This document shows, piece by piece, positions 19,528 through 31,596 of a stretch of DNA of 43,130 nucleotides. The notes beneath the pieces were generated by a model. That model ran no database searches and was not told the origin of the DNA. It was given only the letters and a program-made list of their open reading frames with translations. Each line of letters starts with the position of its first letter. The stretch's first letter is position 1. Where the stretch lies: positions 1-43,130 of the forward strand of contig JAGHBN010000159.1 of the NCBI GenBank assembly GCA_021160985.1. The letters run 5' to 3'. The stretch is from Thermococcus sp. (lineage in GTDB: Archaea > Methanobacteriota_B > Thermococci > Thermococcales > Thermococcaceae). The translations under genes and the position numbers were made by a program.

Positions 19528-20637
19528 TTATCTCATTTTCTTAAACTCTTTTTCCAGCAGTTTGAGCTCTTTGGTCGAGAGGGCATCGTAGTCTATCACA
19601 AGTATCATCGTTCCTCCCGCTGAAATTATCCTGTCCTTCAGCGAGAGGATGAACTTCAGTGTGTTCTCGAAGCCGTTTTCCATCATCAGGTACTCGAATG
19701 CGTCGACGTATGCCGTAACGTACCCGTTTTCAATGGCCCTGGCGAGGAGATCCATCAGGATTCCCATCTTTGTTGGGGGCACAGCGTAGATGGGGGGTTT
19801 TTCGTTGAGTTTACCCTCACTCACGCTTGTTATCCAGAAGACCACAGATTCCGGGTTGACTTTTTCGAGTATCTTGGAAGGGGGCATGCGGGTTACCACA
19901 ATGACGCTGGGCCTTGATAGTATATCGAGAATGGCCCTGTTCCGTGTGGATGATGAAGCCATGAAGGCCCCCGGAGGTATTTCAGTGTGGGAGGGTTTTC
20001 TTGCGGGCGATATCTCGTAGAATGCGAACCTGAGGGCTCCAATCGCTGCGGCGACTCTGAAAATACCGCCCAACATAAAGCCGATGGGGGCGAACCATTC
20101 GAGGTTCCTCGTGAGGGGATACGTCATGTTGAGCGCTCCAAGGAGTACCAGACCGAGGGGGAATAAAATTTCTATCCTCTTCTTTGATATCACGCGCTTC
20201 CAGAGGACGCCTCCAAAGTATACAAGTGCACCCCCGTAGAGGAGGTACGGAATGGAGGACTGCAGGGTGAAGTTGTCCCCAAAAACATCGGTGGCCAGAA
20301 GGAAAATCCAGACGTACGAGATAACTACCACAGCCGACATTATCAGCACGTGCCTGAGGGTAGTTTCCTTGTGTTTTATGTGGAGGCTTCCCCACAGAAG
20401 GAGGATGGCGATGAGAAAATTGGGTATTGTTGAGGCAATTATGTACGCATCAGGGATTATCTTTATCCCCATAGGCTTCAGGATGTAGCTTTCTATGTGG
20501 AGGGCGTTTATGAAGAAAGCCGTTGATAGAAGGAGCCACCCCTTTTCCCTTGTCTTCCAGGCTTTGTATGATATGGCTAAGAAAAGAAGCCACCTTGAGA
20601 GGATGTTGAGGTAAGGGATGGCGGCTTCGTAGCTCAT
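19528..20637 (-). CDS. Multi-TM membrane protein with C-terminal DUF835 domain
   Basis: About 7 TM helices, then VFWIT...VPPT...DAFEYLMMENGFE..LKFILSLKD, typical of DUF835. Confidence 0.85.
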   Translation of the reverse strand: MSYEAAIPYLNILSRWLLFLAISYKAWKTREKGWLLLSTAFFINALHIESYILKPMGIKIIPDAYIIASTIPNFLIAILLLWGSLHIKHKETTLRHVLIMSAVVVISYVWIFLLATDVFGDNFTLQSSIPYLLYGGALVYFGGVLWKRVISKKRIEILFPLGLVLLGALNMTYPLTRNLEWFAPIGFMLGGIFRVAAAIGALRFAFYEISPARKPSHTEIPPGAFMASSSTRNRAILDILSRPSVIVVTRMPPSKILEKVNPESVVFWITSVSEGKLNEKPPIYAVPPTKMGILMDLLARAIENGYVTAYVDAFEYLMMENGFENTLKFILSLKDRIISAGGTMILVIDYDALSTKELKLLEKEFKKMR

Positions 20638-21893
20638 AACTTTTTCACCAAGGTTTCCTGTTTGACCACGACGAGGGTCTTTGGCGGAACGTTCCGGTCA
20701 ACCACGACCCCGGGTCCCACCAAAGAACCACTGCCGATTTTCCTCCCTGGGTATATACTGACGTTGATCCCTATTTTCACGTTGTGGCCTATTATAGCGC
20801 CCAGTTTGTGCCTGCCGCTGTCCTCCAGCTTTCCCTTTATCTCCACTTTTATGTTCCCGCGGTCGTGCCTGAGGTTTGCGGTGATTGTTCCGGCCCCGAG
20901 GTTTGTGTTTTCCCCAATTATGGAGTCCCCGACGTAGTTCAGGTGGGGAGCGTTGCTGTGGTCCATTATTATCGAGTTCTTGACCTCTACGGCGTTTCCT
21001 ATGTGGCACTCATCCCCTATGCTCGTGAAGGGGCGGATGAAGCAGTTGGGGCCTATGCGCGAGTTCTTGCCGATTTTCACTGGTCCAATTATGTAGCTCC
21101 CGCTTCTCACCACGGTTCCCTCTCCGATTTCCACGGGGGGCACTATTACGGCTCCTTCCTCGACGGTTCCTCGGATCTCGTGCTTGAGCTTGTTCTTGAG
21201 GAGGTATTCGTTCAGTTCAAGGAGGTTCCACGGCCGTCCAACGTCGTTCCAGTACCCGTTATAAACGGCATAGGCAACTTTCTTCCCGGCTTTTATCATG
21301 AGGTTCATCGTATCCGTTATCTCGTATTCCCCGCGTTTGCTGAGCTGGGTCCTGGCTATAAACTCGAAAATATCGGGTTTGAACGCGTAAATGCCCAGGT
21401 TTGCGTAGCCTGCCACGTGTCCGGGTTTTTCGAGGATGCTGGTTACAAAAGCGCCTTCCGTTTCTATCTTTCCAAAGTGGCTGAGATCCTCGAAGTGCTT
21501 TACCACAAGGGCTGCATCGGCCCTTTCACGCCTGAACGTCGATATGAGCTCTCTTAACGCCTCTTCTTCGAAGTATATGTCCCCGTTGACGGCTATGAAC
21601 TCTTCATCCCCCACGTATTCCTTGGAGGATTCTATGGCCTTTGCGGTTCCCTCACCGGGGAGCTGGTCAACGTACGTTATGGGTTTTCCGTTAAATTCGT
21701 CTCCAAGGGAGCTGATTATCTTATCCTTTTCATACCTCACGATGATTACGAACTCGTCCACGAATGGATCGAGGTTTTCAAGCACGTATTCTATTATCGG
21801 CCTGTTTGCGACATTCAGGATGACCTTGGGCCGGTCATCGGTAAGGGGCTGGAGCCTCTCCCCTCTGCCTGCAGCAAGGACGACGCCCTTCAA
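20634..21893 (-). CDS. glmU: Bifunctional sugar-1-phosphate nucleotidylyltransferase/acetyltransferase (GlmU-like)
   Basis: LAAGRGERL.PLT..RPK, RGEYEITD, and a left-handed beta-helix with HLNYVGDS. Confidence 0.88.
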   Translation of the reverse strand: MKGVVLAAGRGERLQPLTDDRPKVILNVANRPIIEYVLENLDPFVDEFVIIVRYEKDKIISSLGDEFNGKPITYVDQLPGEGTAKAIESSKEYVGDEEFIAVNGDIYFEEEALRELISTFRRERADAALVVKHFEDLSHFGKIETEGAFVTSILEKPGHVAGYANLGIYAFKPDIFEFIARTQLSKRGEYEITDTMNLMIKAGKKVAYAVYNGYWNDVGRPWNLLELNEYLLKNKLKHEIRGTVEEGAVIVPPVEIGEGTVVRSGSYIIGPVKIGKNSRIGPNCFIRPFTSIGDECHIGNAVEVKNSIIMDHSNAPHLNYVGDSIIGENTNLGAGTITANLRHDRGNIKVEIKGKLEDSGRHKLGAIIGHNVKIGINVSIYPGRKIGSGSLVGPGVVVDRNVPPKTLVVVKQETLVKKL

Positions 21894-22696
21894 ATTATCA
21901 CCCCCAAGACGTATACGGTGATGGCAGCGGCACCGAAAACTATGCCTATGCCCTTTCTTCCAAACCTATCTGCCAGCTTCAGCAGGAAGTGGATGGTTGC
22001 GATGCTGGCTGCAAAAGAGGCCGTGAACACGACGAAGGAATCAACGGGGGAAATCGGATTGTAGTCCCCGATAAAGATGAGCCTGAGTGCCAAATATGCA
22101 GGGGCCAGAAGGAAGCTCAGTTCGAGCACTTTTCTAATTTTAATGCCGCTGAGGAGGAGGGGGAGCACACTCATGCCTGTCCGAGATATTTCTCCTGTGA
22201 AAGTCACTCCCTGGGCTATTCCGGTCATGATCGAATCCACGAGGGTGGGCTCGTCTTTTCGCTTCCTCATCTCAGACTCCAGCTTCTGGATGCGGCTTTT
22301 TTTCTCGAGTTTAAGGAGCGCCGTCGCTGTTATCAGAAGGCCCACAAGTGCGTTCACGGCGTCGGATTGTAAGGGAGACAGCTTTGTGGATAGCCCCATG
22401 TGCAGGGGATATCCCACAGCTACCGTGAATATCAGTGCATAGAAGAGGAACTTCAGGTCGGCCTCAGACTGCCTTTGGGAGAGCATCTGGAGGCCCCTTC
22501 CAATGGAATCTCTGAAATAGAAGATAACCGCAAACATCATTCCGAGGTAGGCGGGCACGATGTGGTTGCTCAGATTGGGGTCAATGGGGGAAAGAACCTC
22601 TGAGGTGAAGGCTCCGTTAGGGGCCACAGGAAACCACGCAAGGACTCCATAGAGTATTCCTGTGATAGCCGATGCTAGGTACGAGGGCTCGACCAT
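21890..22696 (-). CDS. uppP: Undecaprenyl-diphosphate phosphatase family (UppP/BacA-like), divergent
   Basis: Multi-TM; 'GIAQG....EISRTG' and 'LELSFLL..PA' motifs; start uncertain (22696-22705). Confidence 0.75.
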   Translation of the reverse strand: MVEPSYLASAITGILYGVLAWFPVAPNGAFTSEVLSPIDPNLSNHIVPAYLGMMFAVIFYFRDSIGRGLQMLSQRQSEADLKFLFYALIFTVAVGYPLHMGLSTKLSPLQSDAVNALVGLLITATALLKLEKKSRIQKLESEMRKRKDEPTLVDSIMTGIAQGVTFTGEISRTGMSVLPLLLSGIKIRKVLELSFLLAPAYLALRLIFIGDYNPISPVDSFVVFTASFAASIATIHFLLKLADRFGRKGIGIVFGAAAITVYVLGVII

Positions 22697-22753
22697 GGTC
22701 ATCACTGGTAAGTTTAAATTGGCCTAAAAACATAAACTTTTCGAGGGATTCGG

Positions 22754-23560
22754 ATGAAGCTGACCGTAGTTTATGAGAACCATGCGGGATTCACCAAGGG
22801 TCTCATCGGTGGACACGGGTTCTCAGCCCTTGTGGAGCACGAAGGCACCAGGGTTCTTATAGACGCTGGAACCGACGGAAAAGTCCTCCTAAACAATATG
22901 GATGCCCTGGGGATCGAGCCAGGTTCGATAGACTATCTCTTCATAACGCACGGCCACTACGACCATACCGGCGGTCTGAAGGCGCTCCTCGAAGCCAGGT
23001 CGGAGCCGTTAAAGATAATCGCCCACCCGGCAATCTTCCGGAGAAGGATTGCACTGAAGCCGAGGAGGCGCGAGATAGGAATTCCCTTCGCGAGGGAGGA
23101 GCTGGAAGAACTTGGAGCGGAGTTCGTTCTCAGGAAGGAGCCCTTTGAGTTTGCCCCGGGACTGTGGAGCTCCGGCGAAATACCGCGGCGCACGTGGGAC
23201 AGGGTTGTTGGCTACGTTGAGGAAGGGGGCCGCCTCATCAGGGACCTGGTTCCGGATGACATGGCCCTCATCATTGATCTGGGGGACTCTGCGGCGGTGA
23301 TCACCGGCTGCGGCCACTCGGGAGTCCTTAACATAGTATGGCATGCGGAGGACGTTCTTGGGAAGCCTGTGCGGGAGTTGATTGGGGGGTTTCATCTGGG
23401 GGGTGCCAAAAAAGAGTTTCTGAATGACATCGTTGAGAGAATCGACGCCGAAAGGCTCTACGCCGGCCACTGCACAGGGCTGAATGAGTACGCGTTCCTG
23501 AAAGCGAGATTGGGCGGGAGGATTGAGCCCCTCCACGTTGGCAAAATCATCGAGCTTTAG
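22754..23560 (+). CDS. MBL-fold metallo-hydrolase (HGFS/GCGH subfamily)
   Basis: THGHYDHTGG, TGCGHSG, IGGFH, GHCTG. Confidence 0.9.
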   Translation: MKLTVVYENHAGFTKGLIGGHGFSALVEHEGTRVLIDAGTDGKVLLNNMDALGIEPGSIDYLFITHGHYDHTGGLKALLEARSEPLKIIAHPAIFRRRIALKPRRREIGIPFAREELEELGAEFVLRKEPFEFAPGLWSSGEIPRRTWDRVVGYVEEGGRLIRDLVPDDMALIIDLGDSAAVITGCGHSGVLNIVWHAEDVLGKPVRELIGGFHLGGAKKEFLNDIVERIDAERLYAGHCTGLNEYAFLKARLGGRIEPLHVGKIIEL

Positions 23561-23624
23561 CGAACCTTTAAATACCTCGTCGAAAAGCTAAGCACCGCGA
23601 GAGGAAAGATGAGAGGTGAGAGTG

Positions 23625-24704
23625 ATGAAGAACCCATTTGAGAAGATGCCGACTGTCCTTACCGCTGACGAGCTCATTGACAAGGCCTTTAGAAGGGCGG
23701 AGAAAGCAGCGTCCGCTTTCACGCCCAGGGGGGGGCCGAGAGCAAAGGCGAGACAGAGGGAGGAGCTCCGTGTAAGAACTGTCTCCAACGTCGTTCGAGA
23801 CAACCTCCGAAAGCTCCTTGATAGGACACCGGGTGTCTCAGAGCTTCCCCCGTTCTACAGGGAGCTGGTTGATACGCTCGTTGACAGGGACCAGTTCCAC
23901 CGCTCGCTGGCCCACGTAAACTGGGCTATTAAGACCATCAGAAACCTCGAACAGCGCTACGTCGAGAAAATACGGTACTCCAGAGACCCCGACGAGATAG
24001 CCAGGCTCAGGAGGCAGTTTTACGGCCGCGTCGCAGACGTGCTCAGGGACATAGCGGATGATCTCGAATACCTCAACCAGGCGAGGAACGTGCTGAAAGA
24101 TTTGCCGGTCGTTGACCTTGACCTCCCGACCGTCGTCATAGCCGGCCATCCCAACGTCGGAAAGAGCACTCTCCTCAGGGCATTAACCAACGCGAAGCCG
24201 GAGGTCGCGAGCTACCCGTTCACGACGAAGGGCATAAACGTCGGCCAGTTCGAGGAGCACTACCTTAAATACCAGGTCATCGACACGCCCGGCCTTCTCG
24301 ACAGGCCGCTCAGCGAGAGAAACGAGGTGGAGAAGCAGGCAATCCTCGCCCTCAAGCACCTGGGCAGGGTCATCGTCTACATCTTTGACCCAAGCGAGTA
24401 CTGCGGATACCCCATAGAGGAGCAGATGCACCTCTTCGAGGAGATTTACAAGGAGTTCGGGGAGTTCCCGTTCGTTGTCGTCCTCAACAAGGTGGACATA
24501 GCTGAGGATGAGAAGATTAAGCAGGTCGAAGAGTTCGTTAAGGCCAGGGAGCTCGAGCCGCTGAGGATTTCGGCGCTTAAAGGAGAGGGTCTTGAGGAGC
24601 TGAAGGAGCGCGTTATTGAACTCGTCAAGCCAATTATCGAGGAGCGGGCAAAGCGCATAATGGAGAAGGAGTTGAGGAAGTTCAGGGAAGAGCTTGAGCT
24701 CTAA
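23625..24704 (+). CDS. NOG1 family GTP-binding protein
   Basis: GHPNVGKS, YPFTTK, DTPGLLDRP, NKVD; N-terminal helical NOG1 domain. Confidence 0.93.
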   Translation: MKNPFEKMPTVLTADELIDKAFRRAEKAASAFTPRGGPRAKARQREELRVRTVSNVVRDNLRKLLDRTPGVSELPPFYRELVDTLVDRDQFHRSLAHVNWAIKTIRNLEQRYVEKIRYSRDPDEIARLRRQFYGRVADVLRDIADDLEYLNQARNVLKDLPVVDLDLPTVVIAGHPNVGKSTLLRALTNAKPEVASYPFTTKGINVGQFEEHYLKYQVIDTPGLLDRPLSERNEVEKQAILALKHLGRVIVYIFDPSEYCGYPIEEQMHLFEEIYKEFGEFPFVVVLNKVDIAEDEKIKQVEEFVKARELEPLRISALKGEGLEELKERVIELVKPIIEERAKRIMEKELRKFREELEL

Positions 24705-25618
24705 CTCTTTTCTTCCTCCCCGGTTCTGACGCCGCAGTACGGACAGAACTGAAGGTGAATGGGCTTCATAGCCCCGCAGTGCCCGCACTTTTCCTTAAGC
24801 TCGGCTCCGCAGTTGGGACAGTACAGATAGTCGTCCTTTATGGGGAAACCGCAGCTGTAGCATCTGTTCTGAGCAGTCCTCCGCTTGTAGACCCTTTCAG
24901 GCCTGAAATACTCCCTTCTCAGGTAGTAGAGGGACAGGAGCGTTGCAAGTGCCCCGAAGAGGCTTATGCCTATGAGCTGAACCGTGCTCCATATTGCGGA
25001 GAGGAGCAGGTAGATAAGCAGCAGCGATGAATACGCCACGAGAGAGGAAGTGTAGATGTTTTTGTACCTCCTAAGGAGCAAAAGCGATGCCAGGAAAATC
25101 GGAATGGCGAAAGAAAGCTTCAGCATGAGGACCTTGAGCCTGTATGCACTGTAGGCCCTGCTGTATTCATCGTTCGCCTTCTCCATGAGCTCATGGATCT
25201 GTGAGTTAGCATCTTCCAGCTTTTCATGGGTTTGCTCGTATGCGCTTTTCGCCCCAAGGTACTGGAAATAGGCCTTCTCATAGGCTTCCTTCGCCGTCAG
25301 GTATTCAGCCTTCAGCTCCTCGCTCGCGTTCCCGCTCTCAAGTGCGACCCGGTACTCCTCCCTTTTGAAGAGGTAGACCCTTTCTGCCTCAGTCAAATTA
25401 TTTTCTGCCTTTTGATACATTTCGAAGAGCCCTCTGTCGAGCTCCATCAACCGGCTCTGGTTTTCGAGGAGGGCCTTTATCCCGTATTTTTCTTGGTAAT
25501 ACTCATAGCCCGGCCTCTGAGGAAGGTTTTCAAGCTCTCTCAGAAAGTTTATGCTCGCCAGAAGAAGGAACACAACAAACAGACTCGCAAGTATCTTTTC
25601 AATGCGTGAATATTCCAT
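24701..25618 (-). CDS. Membrane protein: TM, coiled coil, 3 TM, C-terminal double zinc ribbon
   Basis: Four CxxC pairs (CYSC, CPNC, CGHC, CPYC) at the C-terminus. Confidence 0.8.
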   Translation of the reverse strand: MEYSRIEKILASLFVVFLLLASINFLRELENLPQRPGYEYYQEKYGIKALLENQSRLMELDRGLFEMYQKAENNLTEAERVYLFKREEYRVALESGNASEELKAEYLTAKEAYEKAYFQYLGAKSAYEQTHEKLEDANSQIHELMEKANDEYSRAYSAYRLKVLMLKLSFAIPIFLASLLLLRRYKNIYTSSLVAYSSLLLIYLLLSAIWSTVQLIGISLFGALATLLSLYYLRREYFRPERVYKRRTAQNRCYSCGFPIKDDYLYCPNCGAELKEKCGHCGAMKPIHLQFCPYCGVRTGEEEKS

Positions 25619-25682
25619 CACCTACACCAAGATAAAATAGGGATCCATGCATATAAAGCTTCCAGGAGAGAAAAGAAAGAAA

Positions 25683-26075
25683 TCAGGCGTTCTCTTCCTT
25701 GAGGAGGACAGCGTTGATGACGCCGTCCTGGCCCGGCCTGCTGGTAACGATGGCCTTGCCGATCTCGGTCTCGATGATGGCGCCCTTGGTTATGATGTCT
25801 CTCCTGACGTACTGCCTGTTGGCCGGGTTCTCAATGACCCTGAGAACCTTAACCTTCTTGCCCTTGCCGCCGTCAAAGACGTTGGCGTAAGAGGCCTCGA
25901 TGAGCCTGACCTTCCTGTTTCCACCGTAGGTTCTGATTATCTTCTTCTTTTCTCTGCTCTCACTAACTCTGGTGAAGGCGGGCTCCCTTCCGAGCTCCCT
26001 CTTCCTCTTCTTCCTTGCGAGGACGATTCTTCCGCCTGAAGGCTTTTTGAGTGATCTTCCCTGCCAGATAGCCAT
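25683..26075 (-). CDS. rps8e: 30S ribosomal protein S8e
   Basis: [23 protein letters not shown]. Confidence 0.97.
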   Translation of the reverse strand: MAIWQGRSLKKPSGGRIVLARKKRKRELGREPAFTRVSESREKKKIIRTYGGNRKVRLIEASYANVFDGGKGKKVKVLRVIENPANRQYVRRDIITKGAIIETEIGKAIVTSRPGQDGVINAVLLKEENA

Positions 26076-26191
26076 TTATCTCACCTCATGAGCTTGATAC
26101 TCAACCTATCGCCACATTAGAGGGTCTGTTTATAAGCTTTTCTGGAAGGATTTTTAAACTCTCTTCCTCAATTACTCTTAGGGGTGGTTGA

Positions 26192-29700
<3,509 letters not shown>

Positions 29701-30081
29701 TCAGCCGTTAAGCTCTACGCCGTTTCCCTCTTCCTCCTCCGTAAGCTCCCTTATCTCGTAAACCTTGAGCGGGACTTTCTTTAGAGCCTTTCCGATCACG
29801 GCCTTGGCTATTCTCTCCGCGTGTTCGATGGTCTGGGCGTTGTACACCTTTATCGTGAGGTACATCCCAACGAGGCCGACGGAGCCTATCACGAAAGCGC
29901 TCTCAAAGTGGGCGCCGCAGACGGGGCACTGGGAGTAGCCAATCTCCACTCTCACAAAATCCAGTTTTTCTTTGTTGAGGGCCTTTGCGACCTTACTCAC
30001 CGCGACGTTTATGGCATCCTCGCTGGTCTCAACATCCCTGACGATTATCGGGGCCTCCAAAACAACCACGTAGTCTCCCAT
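29701..30081 (-). CDS. UPF0212 / DUF555 family protein
   Basis: MGDYVVVLEAP, CPVCG, HAERIAK motifs; start follows GAGGTGG. Confidence 0.88.
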   Translation of the reverse strand: MGDYVVVLEAPIIVRDVETSEDAINVAVSKVAKALNKEKLDFVRVEIGYSQCPVCGAHFESAFVIGSVGLVGMYLTIKVYNAQTIEHAERIAKAVIGKALKKVPLKVYEIRELTEEEEGNGVELNG

Positions 30082-30091
30082 GTCTCCCACC

Positions 30092-30379
30092 TCAGCCAAA
30101 GGCGAAGAGCCTGTCATCCTCACCCTTAAACACACCAAGCCTAACTCCCGCGTCTATAAAGCCGTGGGCGTAGTTGAGGGCGGCAAAGGCCGTCACATAA
30201 TCACCTTTTTGATAATAGTACCTGGCGTCGTTGAAGTAGCTCTTTGCCATCGCCAGGAAGTCGTCGGCGACGGCGTGCAGAAGGCTTTTTTCGTGGACGG
30301 CCACTTCAAGACGCTGAAGCGCCTCTTCAGTGATTTTAAAATACTTCTGGAGCTTTTCTTCCGTTATCTCTCGCTCCAC
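30092..30379 (-). CDS. DUF357 family protein
   Basis: [11 protein letters not shown]...GD...A.AA.NYAHG.IDAG motif. Confidence 0.88.
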   Translation of the reverse strand: MEREITEEKLQKYFKITEEALQRLEVAVHEKSLLHAVADDFLAMAKSYFNDARYYYQKGDYVTAFAALNYAHGFIDAGVRLGVFKGEDDRLFAFG

Positions 30380-30451
30380 CGGTCTCGCCTCATGCCTGGT
30401 AAGGAGAGGCTCTTATAAATCTTATCCCCAAAATTTAGGTCTGATAAAAAG

Positions 30452-30551
30452 TGCGCCTTCTTACGGTGAAACCTTCACAAAAGAGCAAATCAAACAGAAA
30501 CTCAACTGGAAATTAGCAACTTTAAAAAGCATATAATCTTCCGCCAGCGCT
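30452..30551. repeat. Truncated right half of a palindromic element (unit 0)
   Basis: TCTTACGGTGAAACC (30459-30473) is 14/15 identical to 30711-30725; ends in TTCCGCCAGCGCT, identical to 31144-31156. Confidence 0.55.
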
Positions 30552-30839
30552 GAAACTTTGCGGGGCAAAGTTTCATCAAAGGTGGTGATTCCTCTTGAGG
30601 AGCGTTTCTTGTTAATGTTTGCACTTCTAAATTTCTCCTGAAGTTTGGAATTCTCCAGTTTGGGGCTTTTTACGTTTGGGTTTAATTTTACCCGCGCTCC
30701 TCTGGAGCGCTCTTACGGAGAAACCCCATTTGTCACAGCCTTAGTAAAGAGGAATTCCCTATAAAAAGGCTCTCTCAAAAGTGCAAACTTCTCAAAACCG
30801 AACCTCAAAAAGGGTCTACAAAACTTGATCAAACTTCGC
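30551..30839. mobile_element. ~290-bp degenerate palindromic non-coding element, unit 1 (REPIN/MITE-like)
   Basis: Left hairpin TGAAACTTTGC-GGG-GCAAAGTTTCA; central GCGCTCC-TCT-GGAGCGC (centre 30702); five mirror-paired blocks symmetric about 30702; right hairpin truncated. Confidence 0.7.
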
Positions 30840-30893
30840 GGAAGCTTTTGGAAAAAGCTTCACCAAGGAAGCTTTTGGAAAAAGCTTCACCAA
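30840..30893. repeat. Perfect 27-bp tandem duplication of a terminal hairpin
   Basis: GGAAGCTTTTGGAAAAAGCTTCACCAA at 30840-30866 and 30867-30893. Confidence 0.95.
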
Positions 30894-31172
30894 ACGTCCG
30901 TAGCTCTCCTCGAGAAGGCCATAATACAGGGATTTTCCCTCGGAAGATTCTTGTTCTCAGAGAGAACACGTTTTAGAAAAAGCCTTTTCCAGGGGGTTTG
31001 CCTCCACCTTGACGCCCTTTGGGCGTCTATTTAGTGTTAAACCCAACATGTGGGAGCAGTCTAAAAAGTTCTCAAGGTCAAGGACAGGCCATCTAAAAGG
31101 AAAATCAGTTGAGACTTAGCTTTTTTGAAAAAAGCCGTTAACTTTCCGCCAGCGCTTGCGAAGCAAGGGCTG
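30868..31172. mobile_element. ~305-bp degenerate palindromic non-coding element, unit 2 (REPIN/MITE-like)
   Basis: Left hairpin GAAGCTTTT-GGA-AAAAGCTTC; central GACGCCC-TTT-GGGCGTC (centre 31019); right hairpin CAGCGCTTGC-GAA-GCAAGGGCTG; mirror-paired arm blocks. Confidence 0.7.
31119..31135 (-). terminator. Palindromic T6/A6 tract, possible tRNA-Pro terminator
   Basis: GCTTTTTT-G-AAAAAAGC ~40 nt downstream of the tRNA CCA; gives oligo-T on both strands. Confidence 0.4.
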
Positions 31173-31175
31173 TTA

Positions 31176-31253
31176 TGGTGGGGCCGCCGGGATTCGAACC
31201 CGGGTCACGGGCTCCCAAAGCCCGCAGGATGGACCAAGCTACCCCACGGCCCC
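31176..31253 (-). tRNA. tRNA-Pro(TGG), CCA encoded
   Basis: Reverse complement GGGGCCGTGGGGTAGCTTGG...CGGGC-TT-TGG-GA-GCCCG...GGTTCGAATCCCGGCGGCCCCACCA. Confidence 0.97.
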
Positions 31254-31278
31254 GCGGCGGTAGTGAATGGAGCGGCCC

Positions 31279-31294
31279 CTTATTAAGCTTTTCG
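31279..31294 (-). promoter_or_regulatory. BRE-TATA promoter of tRNA-Pro
   Basis: Minus-strand CGAAAAGCTTAATAAG ~26 nt upstream of the mature 5' end. Confidence 0.7.
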
Positions 31295-31596
31295 TCAAGG
31301 TGTTCTCTCCGAGGTAGAAGTGACGTAAATTTGTCGGTTATTGCAAAATCTATCCCAACAACTTTCAATGGTATTGGCGGATAAACAATAGCCAGTTATA
31401 TCATTGGGCGAAAATTCAACCACCGGGAGTGGGTTTGGAAAAGGGCCCTGAACCGGAGGCGGGAAGGGTCATCGATACCTTTATAAGGCTTTCCCAGCCA
31501 GATGGACAATTAAGTACATTAAAGACCAGTTTCGGGGGCAAAAACGGTTCTTAAACTTTGCGGAAGCGATATAAAGCCTCCTCCGGTGTTATTACA

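Noticed and set aside
30840-30893. 27-bp direct repeats as a CRISPR array
   Set aside because: Only two copies, directly adjacent with no spacer, unlike Thermococcales CRISPR repeats; no cas genes nearby.
30825-31034. 69-aa ORF MIKLRGSFWKKLHQGSFWKKLHQ...
   Set aside because: By-product of the hairpin duplication inside the palindromic element; no RBS and atypical codons.
31138-31368. Minus-strand ORF starting MKVVGIDF, reminiscent of a RuvC-I/TnpB 'vGiD' motif next to the palindromes
   Set aside because: Only ~6 matching residues; the ORF runs through the tRNA promoter and tRNA, and no other TnpB motifs are present.
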